Shown one piece after another: positions 48,003 through 60,600 of a stretch of 64,000 nucleotides of DNA; position 1 is the stretch's first letter, and each line of letters begins with the position of its first letter. Origin of the DNA: Monocercomonoides exilis PA203 (Eukaryota; Protista; Preaxostyla); assembly GCA_001643675.2 (NCBI GenBank), contig LSRY02000026.1, forward strand, positions 1,178,001 to 1,242,000, read 5' to 3'. A program made the position numbers and the translations under genes. The notes under the pieces are model-generated. The model saw nothing but the letters and a program-made list of their open reading frames with translations. It had not been told where the DNA came from and did no database searches.

Positions 48003-50182
48003 ATGATTTTTTTAATTTTTATTGTTCATTTTATGAACATTTCATTTACTCGTGAGCTGTTGTCTGTAAACGTTGTATCTCGTCATGGTTTGGAAAAAAA
48101 AACTTTTTCACCCTTACCCAAGTTAGCAAAATTTTAACAAATTGGTGGGTTTTTTAAAAATTCTGAAACAATTTAAAGGTGATCGATTTTCAATATCCAA
48201 ATTGGGAGTGTGAACTTTATATTTAAAAAAAAATTGAGTTATTGTTATTTTTCAAACGAAAAGTATGACAATAATATTGTGAGTAATGGAAGTTTGCTTC
48301 AATCTGGAAAAGAACGAATGCATAACATTGGAAACTCACTAAAGAAACGTTACGTGGATATCACTGGTGATGAGAATTGGCTGAATCTGCGAAATTTGGA
48401 TCTTCATTCAACTGTTACCAACAGAACAATAGAATCACTTTCTTCATTAATTTCTGGCCTTGCCAATTTTGTACCAACCAATAAACCAAGCGATGAGAGT
48501 TCAACAATCAACAACATTAATTCAACGAACGCAGAACATATGCTTCTTCTTGTTGGATCTTCGACTTGGCTTGCATTTCTAATTAAAAGCAATTGCTATT
48601 GAAAACTAATTTTTATGCTTTAAGTGAAAAATCAAGGAAAATCATTTTTGAGACCTTAAATTCGGGCGAATGGTGCGATTACATTCTGAATCATAAAGAA
48701 TCGATTGAGCTTATTTTCAATTTGACACAGACACGATTTGAAGGTTGGGATATTATCAAGATTTTCGACACGTTGTTTATTGAGCATGAACTTGGGTATA
48801 ATTATTTTTGTTGTTGTTGCAAATATTATTTAAATAAATTTTTTTTTATCATTTTAAATATTAAAATACCATTTTCTTCTTGTGATGAATGCGAAGACAC
48901 AAATTGCCTGAAGGAATGAATGACAGTCTGTACGAAGAATCACAGCGATTCAGAGATGATTGTTTGCATTGGGTTATCTTTCAATAGAAGTTTTTTTTCA
49001 AAAAAAATATTTCATTTTCTTTCTTTCTTTTTCTTTCTTTTTCTTTCTTTTTCTTTTGGAAATTATTTAAAAAATACTCAAATATTTTTATTTTATTTTA
49101 TTTAATTTATTATTATTATTATTATTATTTTCAAAATCATTTTTCATTCAGTGTTTTTGATCTCATATCCAACGCACAGAGAAGATTTTTGCCAGCCATC
49201 ATCAGGATTGTTTATGGATGAGGTACTGTTTAACTTGATTTTGGTAATATTTTCATTGAATCTTTTCTTTCTTTCTTTCTTTTTTTCTTTTCTTTTCTTT
49301 TCTTTTCTTTTCTTTTCTTTTCTTTTCTTTTCTTTTCTTTTCTTTTCTTTTCTTTTCTTTTCTTTTCTTTTCTTTTCTTTTCTTTTCTTTTCTTTTCTTT
49401 TCTTTTCTTTTCTTTTCTTTTCTTTTTCTTTTCTTTTCTTTTCTTTCTTTTTTTTTTTTTTTTGAAAAAAATGATTTTATTTGTTTATTTTTTCAATTTA
49501 TTTTTATCTTTTAACTTTTTCTTTTCACTTTTTCATTTCCTTTTTCTCATTCTCATTCTCATTCTCATTCTCATTCTCATTCTCTCTCTTTTTCTCTTTC
49601 TCATTCTTTTTCAAAAAACAAACAAATAAATAAATAAAAATGAAAATGGAAAAACAAATAAATCAATAAAATTACATTCATATATATATCAAAATAATTT
49701 TTTTCCAGCTATTCTTCCACAACATCCCCACAGATCTCGCCCGCCGTTCATCCGAAAGTCTTAATTTCAAGCCAGGCTACCACCACTACTCAGCCCACGA
49801 TGCCTCTATCATCATCTTGGCTGGCTGTTTGGGGCTGGATTTTGAAGGCACCTGCCCTCGCTATGGCTCGCTGTTTGTGACGGAAGTGTATATGAATGAG
49901 GAGAATGCATCGGTGTGATGGAGGAAAGGAGGAAAGGAGAGAGAGAGAAAGAGTGAGTGAGTGAGTGAATGAATGAATGAATGAACGAGTGAGTGAGTGA
50001 GTATGAGTGTGTGCGTGCGATTGTGAGTATTGTTAAGAGATGGATTAAAATTGAGGATTATTTTATTATTTTATTTTATTATTTATTTTTCTTTTTGATG
50101 AATTATTTGAAAAAATTATCTTTAATTTTTCCTTCCTTCCTTCATTATTTATTTTATCAATTTCAAAAATCTGCATATATTT

Positions 50183-50264
<82 letters not shown>

Positions 50265-50722
50265 TCTCTTTCTCTTTCTCTTTCTCTTTCTCTTTCTCTT
50301 TCTCTTTCTCTTTCTCTCTCTCTCTCCACTTTTCCCATCAGGATCCAATTGTCGAGTTTCTCTATGATAAAGGCCCCGATCAAGATGGCACTCTCCATTT
50401 GAAGCATTTCTCTTCTCCTTTCTGTGAGAAAAGTGAGCCTTGCACACTCAGCCACCTCCAGCACTCTTTTCAGAAAATGCACGAGATTATTCAAAAGGGG
50501 GAATTTATTGATCAGATCTGTGGGAGGGGTAAAGATGGGTGGTGGCCAAAGTTTGTTGTGACACAGTCAGATGAGAAGAATTTGTTTACAAAAAAATCTG
50601 ATCAGAAATTAATTTTATTTGTTGTGAACGCCATAAGCGCTATCATCATTGTGTTTACACTTTATATGAGTTGGAAGAAACTGCATTCACCTCCAAAAAA
50701 TGTTTTGAAGAAAAAGAATTAA
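48003..50722 (+). CDS. Histidine acid phosphatase (lysosomal acid phosphatase-like), multi-exon, with signal peptide and C-terminal transmembrane helix
   Basis: MIFLIFIVHF..VVSRHG/DRF (RHGxR split by an intron), YSAHDASI (HD motif, about 49790), hydrophobic LILFVVNAISAIIIVFTLYM before a basic tail. Confidence 0.82.
49262..49463 (+). repeat. (TTTTC)n intronic microsatellite
   Basis: About 200-bp pentamer tract. Confidence 0.95.
50187..50326 (+). repeat. (TC)n/(TCTCTT)n intronic microsatellite
   Basis: Directly visible tract. Confidence 0.95.
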
Positions 50723-51063
50723 CCTTACAGAATATTAATTTTATCACTCCATTTTTTTGTTTGCTCTGAAAATTGTGATAAAAATTATTAAAAAATATTC
50801 ACTTTTTTCCCAAAAAAAGTTAGTCTAACCAGTTTCAACGTGCATCATTATTGACTAATATCAATGTTAATCAATAAAATCTCAATTTCATTTTTGAAAA
50901 TTGATCTTACAAACATTGGGTGTTTTCCCGTAATTTTGCTAGAAAAATATTATTGGGGAATTTTTAGATCTATCAGAAATATTGTTTCTCAACGTTTGCC
51001 TTTAATATTAGACATATTATCGTAAAAATCCTGTTTTAATTGCTATTGCAATTTTATTATAGA

Positions 51064-52362
51064 ATGCCACACACACCACACAATCTTCAAAAACGTTTGG
51101 CTGCTTCTGTCATGAACTGCGGTATTCGCCGCGTATGGCTTGACCCAACCGAAATGGGACATATTACCATGGCAAATTCACGTATGGCATTATTTTATAA
51201 ATATTTTATCACTAACTTTTTTTGACACAGGTCACAACGTGAGAAAGATGATTCATGATGGTCTGATCATTAGAAAACCAACTCACGCTCCATCACGCAC
51301 AAGAATTCGCAAGAGGGTTTATTATTATTATTTGGAATCGAATGTTTAAACTCTTTTTAACAATCGAATATTTTTGAAAAACATTACAGTTGGAAGCAAA
51401 GAAGAAGGGAAGACATACAGGAATTGGTAAACGTCGTGGTACACGCGAGGCCAGACTTAACAGCAAAGTTTTGTGGATGAGACGTATCCGTGTTCTTCGT
51501 CGTTTCCTCCAAAGATACAGAGATGCTAGAAAGATCGACAAACACTTATATCATGACCTGTATCTTAAAATCAAGGGTAATGTTTTTAAGAACAAGGTTT
51601 GGTTGTGTTCGCATTTGACGAAAAATTATTATATATATTGTTCGCAATCATTTCGACAAAATTGTTTATATTCCTCTCAATAATTAGAGAGTTCTTCTTG
51701 AACACGTCATAAAGGCAAAGACTGAGGCTCAAAAGAGGAAGAGCGAAAAAGAACAAAACGATGCACTTCGCGCAAAGAATGCCGCAATCAAGGCAAAGAG
51801 AATGCAAAAAGCTGCTAAAATGGACGGTATGGTTTCAATTGCTGAAGAAAAGGCTCAAACTGGAAAAGCTGCCAAGAAAGCTGAAAAGAAAGATGTCAAG
51901 AAAGTCGAGAAGAAAGTTGAAAAGAAAGAGGCACAGCCAGTTGAAAAGAAAGTTGAGAAGAAAGAAACCAAGCCTGTTGAAAAGAAGGAAACCAAGCCAG
52001 CAGAAAAGAAAGTTGAGAAGAAAGTGGAGAAGAAAGATGAGAAACCAGCTCCAAAAGCTGCAGCTAAACCAGCACCAAAGAAGGAAGAGAAACCAGTTGA
52101 AAAGAAAGCGGAGAAGCCAGCACCAAAAAAGGAAACAAAGGCTGCTCCAAAGAAAGAGGAAAAACCAGCTGCAAAGAAAGAAGAGAAAGCCGCTCCAAAG
52201 AAGGAAGAGAAAGCTGCACCAAAGAAAGATGCAAAGCCAGCACCAAAGAAGGAGGAGAAGCCAGCTGCAAAGACTGCTACAAAGCCAGCAGCCAAAACAG
52301 CTGCAAAACCAGCAAACAAACCAGCAGCAAAGCCGGCTGAGAAAAAAGCAGGGAAAAAGTAA
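51064..52362 (+). CDS. RPL19: 60S ribosomal protein eL19 with a long K/A/P/E-rich C-terminal extension; exons about 51064-51181, 51231-51316, 51390-51596, 51688-52362
   Basis: [72 protein letters not shown]. Confidence 0.96.
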
Positions 52363-53147
52363 TTGACAATTCAATTCACTTTTATTTTTGAATGTGGCTG
52401 AAACAATTTTCTGGTTCAGTGTTTATAAGAACAAGGCACATAACTTTTGGTTTTGCAATAGGTTTATTACGCTTTTTGATTTAAAATTAGAAAGCTGTTT
52501 TATTTTAATGTTTGAGAGAGACCGAAATTAAAAAAGAAACCAACTTTCCCACTTGTGTGTATATTAAAAATATGAGGATATATAAGCTCAATCTATTATT
52601 TTTTCGATTAGTGTTTCAAACACGCAATGATGGAAAGACTTATGAAAAAAAGACAGCTAATAACTTTGAAGTCTAAATAAGAAAGAAAGAAAGAAAATGA
52701 GATTTTAAATGAATGAATAGGTAAATAAAAGGAAATGAAATATCAGAATGCTCAACGAAATTGAATTCAAACTCATCCAAAAAGCAGGCATTCTTCCGAG
52801 TTCACCTCATTTCATTTCCTTTTATAATAATAGGTGAATGAAAAATTTTAAAAGAGAAAATAAAAAAATAAAAAAATAAAAAAAAAAATTTGCTAAAGAG
52901 AGCGAATTGGTTTGACTTTTCTCCTTTTTCTTTCTTCTCTGCACTCGTAATTTTTGATTCTTTATTTTTTTGTTCAGTTTTTCCGTATTTTATTTTTTGA
53001 GATGTAATTGCTTGAAACTCAAATCACATTTGAAAAAAGTGTAAAAAAACACGCATTAATAGAGCCTCTAAATAAACTTTTTATTGTTTATTTATCAGAT
53101 TATTTTATTTTATTATTTATTTATCTATTTTTGATTTATTTATTCAC

Positions 53148-56100
53148 TTATTGCGTTGTTTTCTTTGTCTGCTTCTCTCTTCTCTTCCTCCTCTCCGACG
53201 CTGCAAACTCCTCTTCCGTTCTGAAATCTCCGTGTTTCCACCCTCCCAAGTGCTTCGTCCTCGCCTCTTCCTCTGCGTCTTCATATTCCCTCAGCTCCCT
53301 CCGCTTGAAGCTCGGTACACTCTGCTCGTCTGTCACAACAAGCCCTCTTCTCAAAATCTCCAGGTTCAGATTGAGCACATTCTGTGGCTTTTCTGCTGAA
53401 GCTGCTGGCTCTTCAGACGATTTCTCTGAGGAAGACGAAGAAGAAGGAGAAGATGATGAAGCAGAAGCAGAAGCCGAAGCACTTGCTTCCTTTCCCGTGG
53501 GCATTGTCAGCACAACATACGGCCGGTTCTCTCTATCCACCCACTCGTTGCTGCACTCCAGCTCTTTTCCCACTGTCAGCTGCCTCAGCAGCTCCTCTGC
53601 CTCTTCCATCACATCCGGCTGGTCAGGAATTGGGCGGACAAACGCCAAAAAGGCTAAAAATGCGCATGCTGGTATCTCCAGCATTGCTGGGTCCATGCAC
53701 ATCACATCAGCTTCCACGTCCTTCAGGGGCATTATCACAGGCATTCTTGTGTCGATCAGCGTGAAGCAGATGACGGGCTCTGTCAGTTCTTCATCCTCTT
53801 CGGCTGTGATGATTTTTTCCACATGCCCTCTTCGCCATTCTTTTTTCGTTTTACCGCCTTTTTTCCCTTTTCCTGCACCATTTGCATTTCCATTCACATT
53901 CACACGCACCGCCACATCTGACTGAACAGAAGGCAAGCAAGTTTCACTGAAGCAGCACATCTTCTTCCTCGTCTCGTTTTCTGCTGGAAGAGACAGAATC
54001 TCCGCACAGCGCTTGTTCAGCTGCACATCGGGGGGAATTTCAGTCTGCACAACCACAATTCCTGAGTCAATCACCTCAACCACATGGCATTTCGTCTTCA
54101 CGCCTTCCTTTTTCGCAGCTGGCTGTGACTCGCCACTGCCGTCTTGTCTGCCTTTTCTTCCTCTTCTGTCGTTATATCCACCAGATGGCACAGAAGATGA
54201 TGATGGCCCATCTTCTCCATCTTCTCCTTCTCCATCTTCCTCATCTTCCTCATCCTCTTCATCTTCTCCACCTGCGCCAAACCTCTGCCTCCTTCCTCTC
54301 CTCTCTGTCTCCATCGTCGGGTTCGGGAATTGCCAAATCCCTCTCTTTGCAGCCTGCGCATGCTGCTGTGCCTTTGTCAGCTTCGCATCGACTGCTGACT
54401 CGTCTCTGGCGCTGATCCAGCACAAACCGGCATCCAACAGCCTTTCAGACACATCCATCCCATCCAGCATCAATGTCCCTATCCACGACCTTCCTGAGTT
54501 CTCCAGCCGGCTCACGATAAACTCCACATCGCGATTTAAAAGCATCAATCTTGCTTCTCTCGCTGCTTCATCGGCATACGGGTGAGAAGGAAGAACAGCT
54601 GCTGCTCCTTCTTCTCCTCCTCCGATTGGCCTTCTTGGTGCTCTTTGTGGAGCACGCAGGCCTTCCAACACGAATGAGATGATCAAAGATTGCCGCGGCA
54701 CAACAATCAGCACACGCGACGGGTTCATCACAGCCTCAACAAAACCTCTGAACTTCGATGTGGTTGTGGAGCGGGTCAAAAACGTCGACACAAACTGCCT
54801 GTTCATCTTCGCATCGTAGGAGATGTCGTTGTAGCGGATAACTGGCGCTTTTTCAGCCACTTTTCTCAGAATCTCCCTTCTTTCTGCGTCTCTCTTGTTC
54901 CTCTCCTCCTGAATTCTCCCTTTTCTCTCGATCTCCACCTCGGCTCTTTCTTCCTCAGTCATCAGTGCATACGGCTTCCTCCTTTCCCCTGGCTTCAACG
55001 GCGGTGGAGGCAGACCCGGTGTAAACTGAGTCAATTCGTGGTCGAACTGGAACAGCTTTTTCTTCCCTTTGATGGATGCTTCTTCTGCTTTCAGGATTTC
55101 GCCATAGAAAGCAGAGCGAGGCTCCTCGGGACGGTGTCTGGCGGGTTTGGCCAGCCCTTCTTTCACCATGTGCACACTCATGTTCTCACCAGCCAGATTC
55201 ACAGCAGCATAGTCACGCTCTATGGTGCCTGCTCCTGAAATTGTGTGGAATAATGTTCATGGTTGAATGGTTTAGTTAGGATTTTTTAAAAAAAAAATGG
55301 AAACAAAAAATTATGTTTGTAATAACATAAAAATAAAATTCATAAATATATTAAACACAAATAAATAAATGATAATAAGAATTTCAATCCCCAACTCTCA
55401 TATCTTCTTCCCTTCTCTTTCTCTCTTTCTCTCCCATCCCCACAATCACACCTTGTCCCGAAGCAAGAATATTCCTCCTGTACTCCACATTCACTGCCAC
55501 GATCTTCCCCACCAGCAGCTTCCTCAGATGCTCCCTCGCCTCCCACGCATACGGCGGCTGCGGCGGGTTCAGCTTCGCCACATCTGATGCTGTTGAGAAC
55601 GAAGCTGCATTGTTCCCTGCTCCTCCAGGGCCATTGCGCAGATTCAGCTTCGGCGCTACAACTGATGCAAGTGACACTTTTCTCTCGGGCATCAGAACAT
55701 GTGCCAGCGCTGCCAGCTGCGCACCGTCGTTGAACGTTGCCGAGGGCACTTTGCTCAACTTCACAGGAGGCGGAGGTCGCTTCGGCTTCTCCACAGGCTC
55801 AAACACATCGACTGGGGGAACAAAATCAGGTTTCTGGTCTTTTTTCCCTTGTTTGCCCTTTTTCCCTTTCTTTCCGGATTTGCTGTCTTCGTTCTGCTGC
55901 TCTTTCGCCTTGAGAATAATGTCAATCTCTCTCTCTTTCTTTTGCTCGCTTCCAGCTGGAATCAAATGCAGATGGCCCAAAATCTCCCGTGTCCCTTCTG
56001 CTTCCAGTGCAATCGGAGCCACCATAATCGTGTCTCCATTCGTCACCTCTGTAACCAGACCGAAATATTGTTCCAGCACCGTCGGCTCTGGCGACTGGAT

Positions 56101-57195
56101 GACTTCTTTCTCCGGGCGCGGTGGCGGAGGCACATAATCATGCCAAACACGGTCTTTGCGTCCCTGGGCAGCGGCTTGTTCAGCACGGTATGCCTTTTCC
56201 ACTGCGAGTGGGAGTGAGCCTGATGCTGCATCCGGGTTTGGTGGGTTGGCGGGGAGGCCCACAAGCCTGGCGAATCCAAAGCGGAGCAGGATTGTTCCAA
56301 GATCACCTTTTGGTGCAATGACACGTGCGGAAAGCTTGTCACGATCATTTGAATCGGGAACAAGAACGATGTCTCTCTGCAAAATTTCTTTTTCTACAAA
56401 GTACTTCGCCTGCTCAGCAAATGGCTGAGGAATCCAATCAACGGATGAGACGCTTTCTTCGCTTCTGGTAAATCCAGGGCACAGAACATGAGTTATCTGA
56501 AATGGAAGACTGTACAAGGATCCACCGTATTGCACATATGCCCTCATTGATGAACCTGTTGTAATGTGATCAACAACTGCAGGAACTTCTTTTCCTTTGT
56601 TGTCTTTCAAAAAGTTTGCAATATTGATTGGTGTGTGAGATTCTGTGACAATTGGTAACGATTGTGCATGAAGTCCCAATCCTGCTGCTTTTGCTTTCTC
56701 TTCAAGCTCAAGGAGTGCCTTTTGTTGTTCCTGAACTGGTTTCGGCAACTTTTCAAAAGGAACTCTTGATTGACGAACAACTGCCAATCCATTTGAAAGA
56801 ACCCACTCTGTCAAATTAACCTTTCCATCATCAAGTGTTATAGTTCCAAATCTTCTTTTTTGCGTTGGGCTATCTGAACCGCTTGCTGGTAAATCTTGTG
56901 TTGTGTGAAAGTGACACGTTTTTCCAATGCAAAACTTTCTCAAGATCTCTCTTAAATAATAAGCTTTGGGATCAATATCTTGTCCATTTCGAAAACGTGG
57001 AGAGTCGATTCCTTCAAAAAACACAACGATCTCCGGAGGAGGTCCTTCTCTCGGTTGTCCCATGACAGTCACGGATGTTGCAGAATTAACATATTTGATA
57101 ATTCCAGATCCATCGAGTATAACAGGAGCAGCACGAGCTTTAGGTTTTATCTCCGCTTTAGGAAGGCTGCTAAGGTTACTTTCGCCAACAGACAT
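53148..57195 (-). CDS. SND1: Tudor staphylococcal nuclease (Tudor-SN/p100); predicted intron 55451-55235
   Basis: Repeated SN-domain motifs (LREILRKFCIGK, FAEQAKYFVEKEILQRD, AWEAREHLRKLLVGK, AQQHAQAAKRGIW), Tudor-like insert, terminal GGWKHGDF. Confidence 0.9.
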
Positions 57196-57678
57196 CCAAT
57201 CAAAATGATCACAACAGTGAACAATGGGCAACTTCGATCTGATTTTTCAAACCATTGTCAAAATTGATTTGTATTGTAATTTGCAGTTTTCAGACAATTT
57301 TATGAAGTATATTTCTTTCAATATCAAATAACATCTAAAAATTTGGAATTCACCCTTTACTTTATTTCGAGAAAATTGAAATTTTTAAAATTGAACTTTG
57401 AAAGAGTTTATTTTAAAATCAAGACATTTGCTCGCATTTTTTGATGGAAAAGAAAAAATCAGCAAGCCCATATGGTTTGTCTGTTTTGTAGAATTCACAT
57501 TTCAACTGCTGATAATGCATTTATAATTAATATATTCAATTATTTGTGATTTGGATTTTTGATAAAACTTCACACTTTCATGAAATCTTGAAAAATAGAT
57601 AAACGGTTTTGATTTTTTTATATTTTTTTCAATAAAAATGTTGAATGACAATTACAAAAATTTTTATATTTTTTCAGC

Positions 57679-60600
57679 TCTCACAGTCGACATCATCGTC
57701 ATTCATCGGGAAGAGGATACTCATCACAACATAGATCTCAACCCTCAAGATCTTCAAAAAGGAAGGATCAGAAACAATCAATTAAAAGCTGGGCAAAGGT
57801 TAGAGAAGAAAATGAAAAGCGTACGAAAAGAGGAAAGGCTGTAACTCGTGAAACTGTTCAAAAATGGAGAGAAGAAGACATGGCAAGAAAAGCTGGAAGT
57901 GAAAAGAAAAATGACGGTGAAAAATTATTTGAAGAAAGAGAGGATAAGCAAAAAAAATTGTATCCTCATTCACATCACCATCACGACAAAAATCGCAAAC
58001 ATCACCACACACATCAGCAATCACGCTCACCACATCACCCCCATCATCGCCATCATCATCGCCATCGCTTGCCCTCGTCTTATGCCAACTCCAAAAGAGG
58101 AAGAGATGGGGCAAGCATGGCACCTCCAGGCTTTCCCGGGGCTGCTCAAATGGCTTCACAGCAAGTTCCGTTTGGTTATTTTCCGATGGCAACTCCTTCG
58201 TTCCCTTATGTCCACTCTCAGCCCATTCTCCCCGGATACCCTGTCGGCCCGACGCCGATGATGCACCCGAACACTTTTCCAATGGCTGCTCCTCCGCTTT
58301 ATTCAAATGGATCCGCACTTCCATCAGGACAGCAGCTGGCTCAATCACCTGTGAATGTTCCATCTTCTTCTTCTTCTTCTTCTTTAGGCAGTCAACCAAC
58401 CAATCTGAGTTCTGATGTTGTGTCATTGCCGCAAAGTGATCTGATGGCTGTTCTTTTGGAGCGGCTGAAGGAAAAAGACCCGGCGAAATACGAACAAATC
58501 AGCAAAAAGCTCGCAAAGAAGAATGCGAGCGGAAAAATGACAGCATTAAATTCAGTTAAATCAGAGCCAGAGGTTGCTAGAAGTGGGGTTGATTTAACAG
58601 GAAAAGAAGGAGAAGCAAGAGAAGAAGAAGGAGAAGGAGAAGGAGAAGAGACAAAAAGTTCAATGCGACTGGATACATCTGTTGGGGCAGAGAAAGAAGA
58701 GCGCAAAGGAAGAGGAGAAAGAGAAGGAAAAGAAGCAGATGAAAATAAAGGAGAGCTTAGAGAAACGATGGCGCTGTTGAACAAACTGGCGAAGGCGAAG
58801 AAGGAAAGAGAAAAGAGAAGAGCAAGCGCTGATGGCAGACCAACGAAAAGAAAGGAAGAGGAAGAGGAAGAAAAGGAAGAAGAGAGAGGAGGAGAAGGAG
58901 GAGAAGGAGAAGGAGAAAAAGGAGAAGGAAGAAAAGGAAAACAGAAAGGGAGCAAGAGAAAAGGAAGAAGCGAAACTCGTCTTCGTTCAAAATCTGAGTC
59001 GAAATATGCTTCGAGTCCAGAATCTTCAGCAAATGATGGAGAAAAGAGAAAGAGAAGCAAAAAAAGCAAGAAAGGGCAATATGAAAGTGAAGGTGAAAGT
59101 GAAAGTGATAGTTCAAGTTCAAGGAGAAGCAGAAGCAGAAGTAGCTCAAGAGATTCTTCCTCTTCTTCATCCTCCTCCTCCTCCTCATCATCATCATCAT
59201 CTTCTTCTTCTTCTTCGATTTCTCTTTCCTCCTCCTTCATGGAGCTAATCAAAGCAGTTTCTGAACAGCCGGCTGACGATCAGAATTCACAGGAAAACAT
59301 TTCCAAACAACCAAAAATTGAAAATGAGACAGAAGAAAAATCATCTTTTCCTCAAATTAACAGAGAAAACGGAGTTAATATCAAAAATGGTAGCAATAAT
59401 AATAATAAAAATCCACCAGAATCTGAAGGAGAAGGAGAAATCCAATCAGAAGAGCAGAAAAAGCTAGTTTTAATAGAAGATATTCAGCGTCTTTCGGCAT
59501 TCAATCAATTAAAAGCGATAATTTCACTGAAAGAGCAGAAAGAAGAAGAAGAAGCGAGGAAAGCCGAGAAGAAGAGAAGAGAAGAATTAGGACTGGATTT
59601 GAGCGAGGAAGAAAGAGAGAAACTTAAAAGGGAGCAATTGGAGAGGGTGAAAAAGGAAGTGGAAGACAAATATTTGGGAGGGGAACATGTTCCAATTCCG
59701 AAGGTGAAGACGAAAGAAGAGCTGGAAGAAGAGCAGAGGAGGAAGGAAGAGGAGATTGTGAGGGAGAAGGAGAGACAAAGAGAAGAAGAGGAGGAGAAGG
59801 AGAGGGAGAGGCAAAGAGAAGAAGAGAAGAAGAAGAAGAAAGAGGAGGAAGAGGAAGAGGAAAAGAAGAGGAAGAAGAAGAAAGAAGAAGAGGAGGAAGA
59901 AAAGGAGAAGAAGAGAAATAAAACCGGAAGAGGAAGAAGTGAAGCAAAAGCGGAAGATCTGGTTGATTTGTCAGACACAGCGTTTTTGAGGGAAGTTGAT
60001 CGAAAGAAGAAGAAAAGAGAAAGACAACGATCGCTTTCGAGTGGAAGACAAGGAAATGACATAGAGAAGGAGGAGAATGAAAGGAAGAGGAAGATGGAGG
60101 AGAAGAGGAGGAGAGAAGAAGAAGAGAAGAAGAAGAAGAAAAAGGAGAAGGAGAAGGAGGAAGAAGAAAGAAAGAGAAAAGAGAAGGAGGAGGAGGAAGA
60201 GAAGAAGAGAAGAGAAGAAGAAGAAGAGAGGAGGAATAAAGAGGAAGAAGAAAGAAAGAGAAAAGAGAAAGAAGAAGAAGCAGCAGCAGCGAGAAAGGAA
60301 AAAGAGAAAGAAAAAGAGAAAGAAAATTCAGAAAGTTCACCAAATTCTTCCAATGAGCAACCAAACAAGAAGGCAAAAGGAGGGTTAAGTGCTGTTTTTC
60401 AGATGAAACCTCGAAGAACACCTCGTTTAAGCCAACAAAACAATCCAGAATTTTCTTCTTCTTCTCTTTCTCCTTCACGAATGCAACAACAATATCAACA
60501 AATGAATGGAATTCCAAATGAAATGCAAATTTCTCCCTTTTTGTCGCTGAAAGAAACCGGAGCAGGCGATTTTATTCAACAAGCACATCGAACTGTTTCC

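Noticed and set aside
49151-50494. ORFs made of FFSFL, SL or ER repeats
   Set aside because: Translations of intronic microsatellites
58392-60517. Long antisense ORFs rich in Ser/Phe/Leu (also opposite RPL19 and Tudor-SN)
   Set aside because: Shadow frames of purine-rich low-complexity coding sequence
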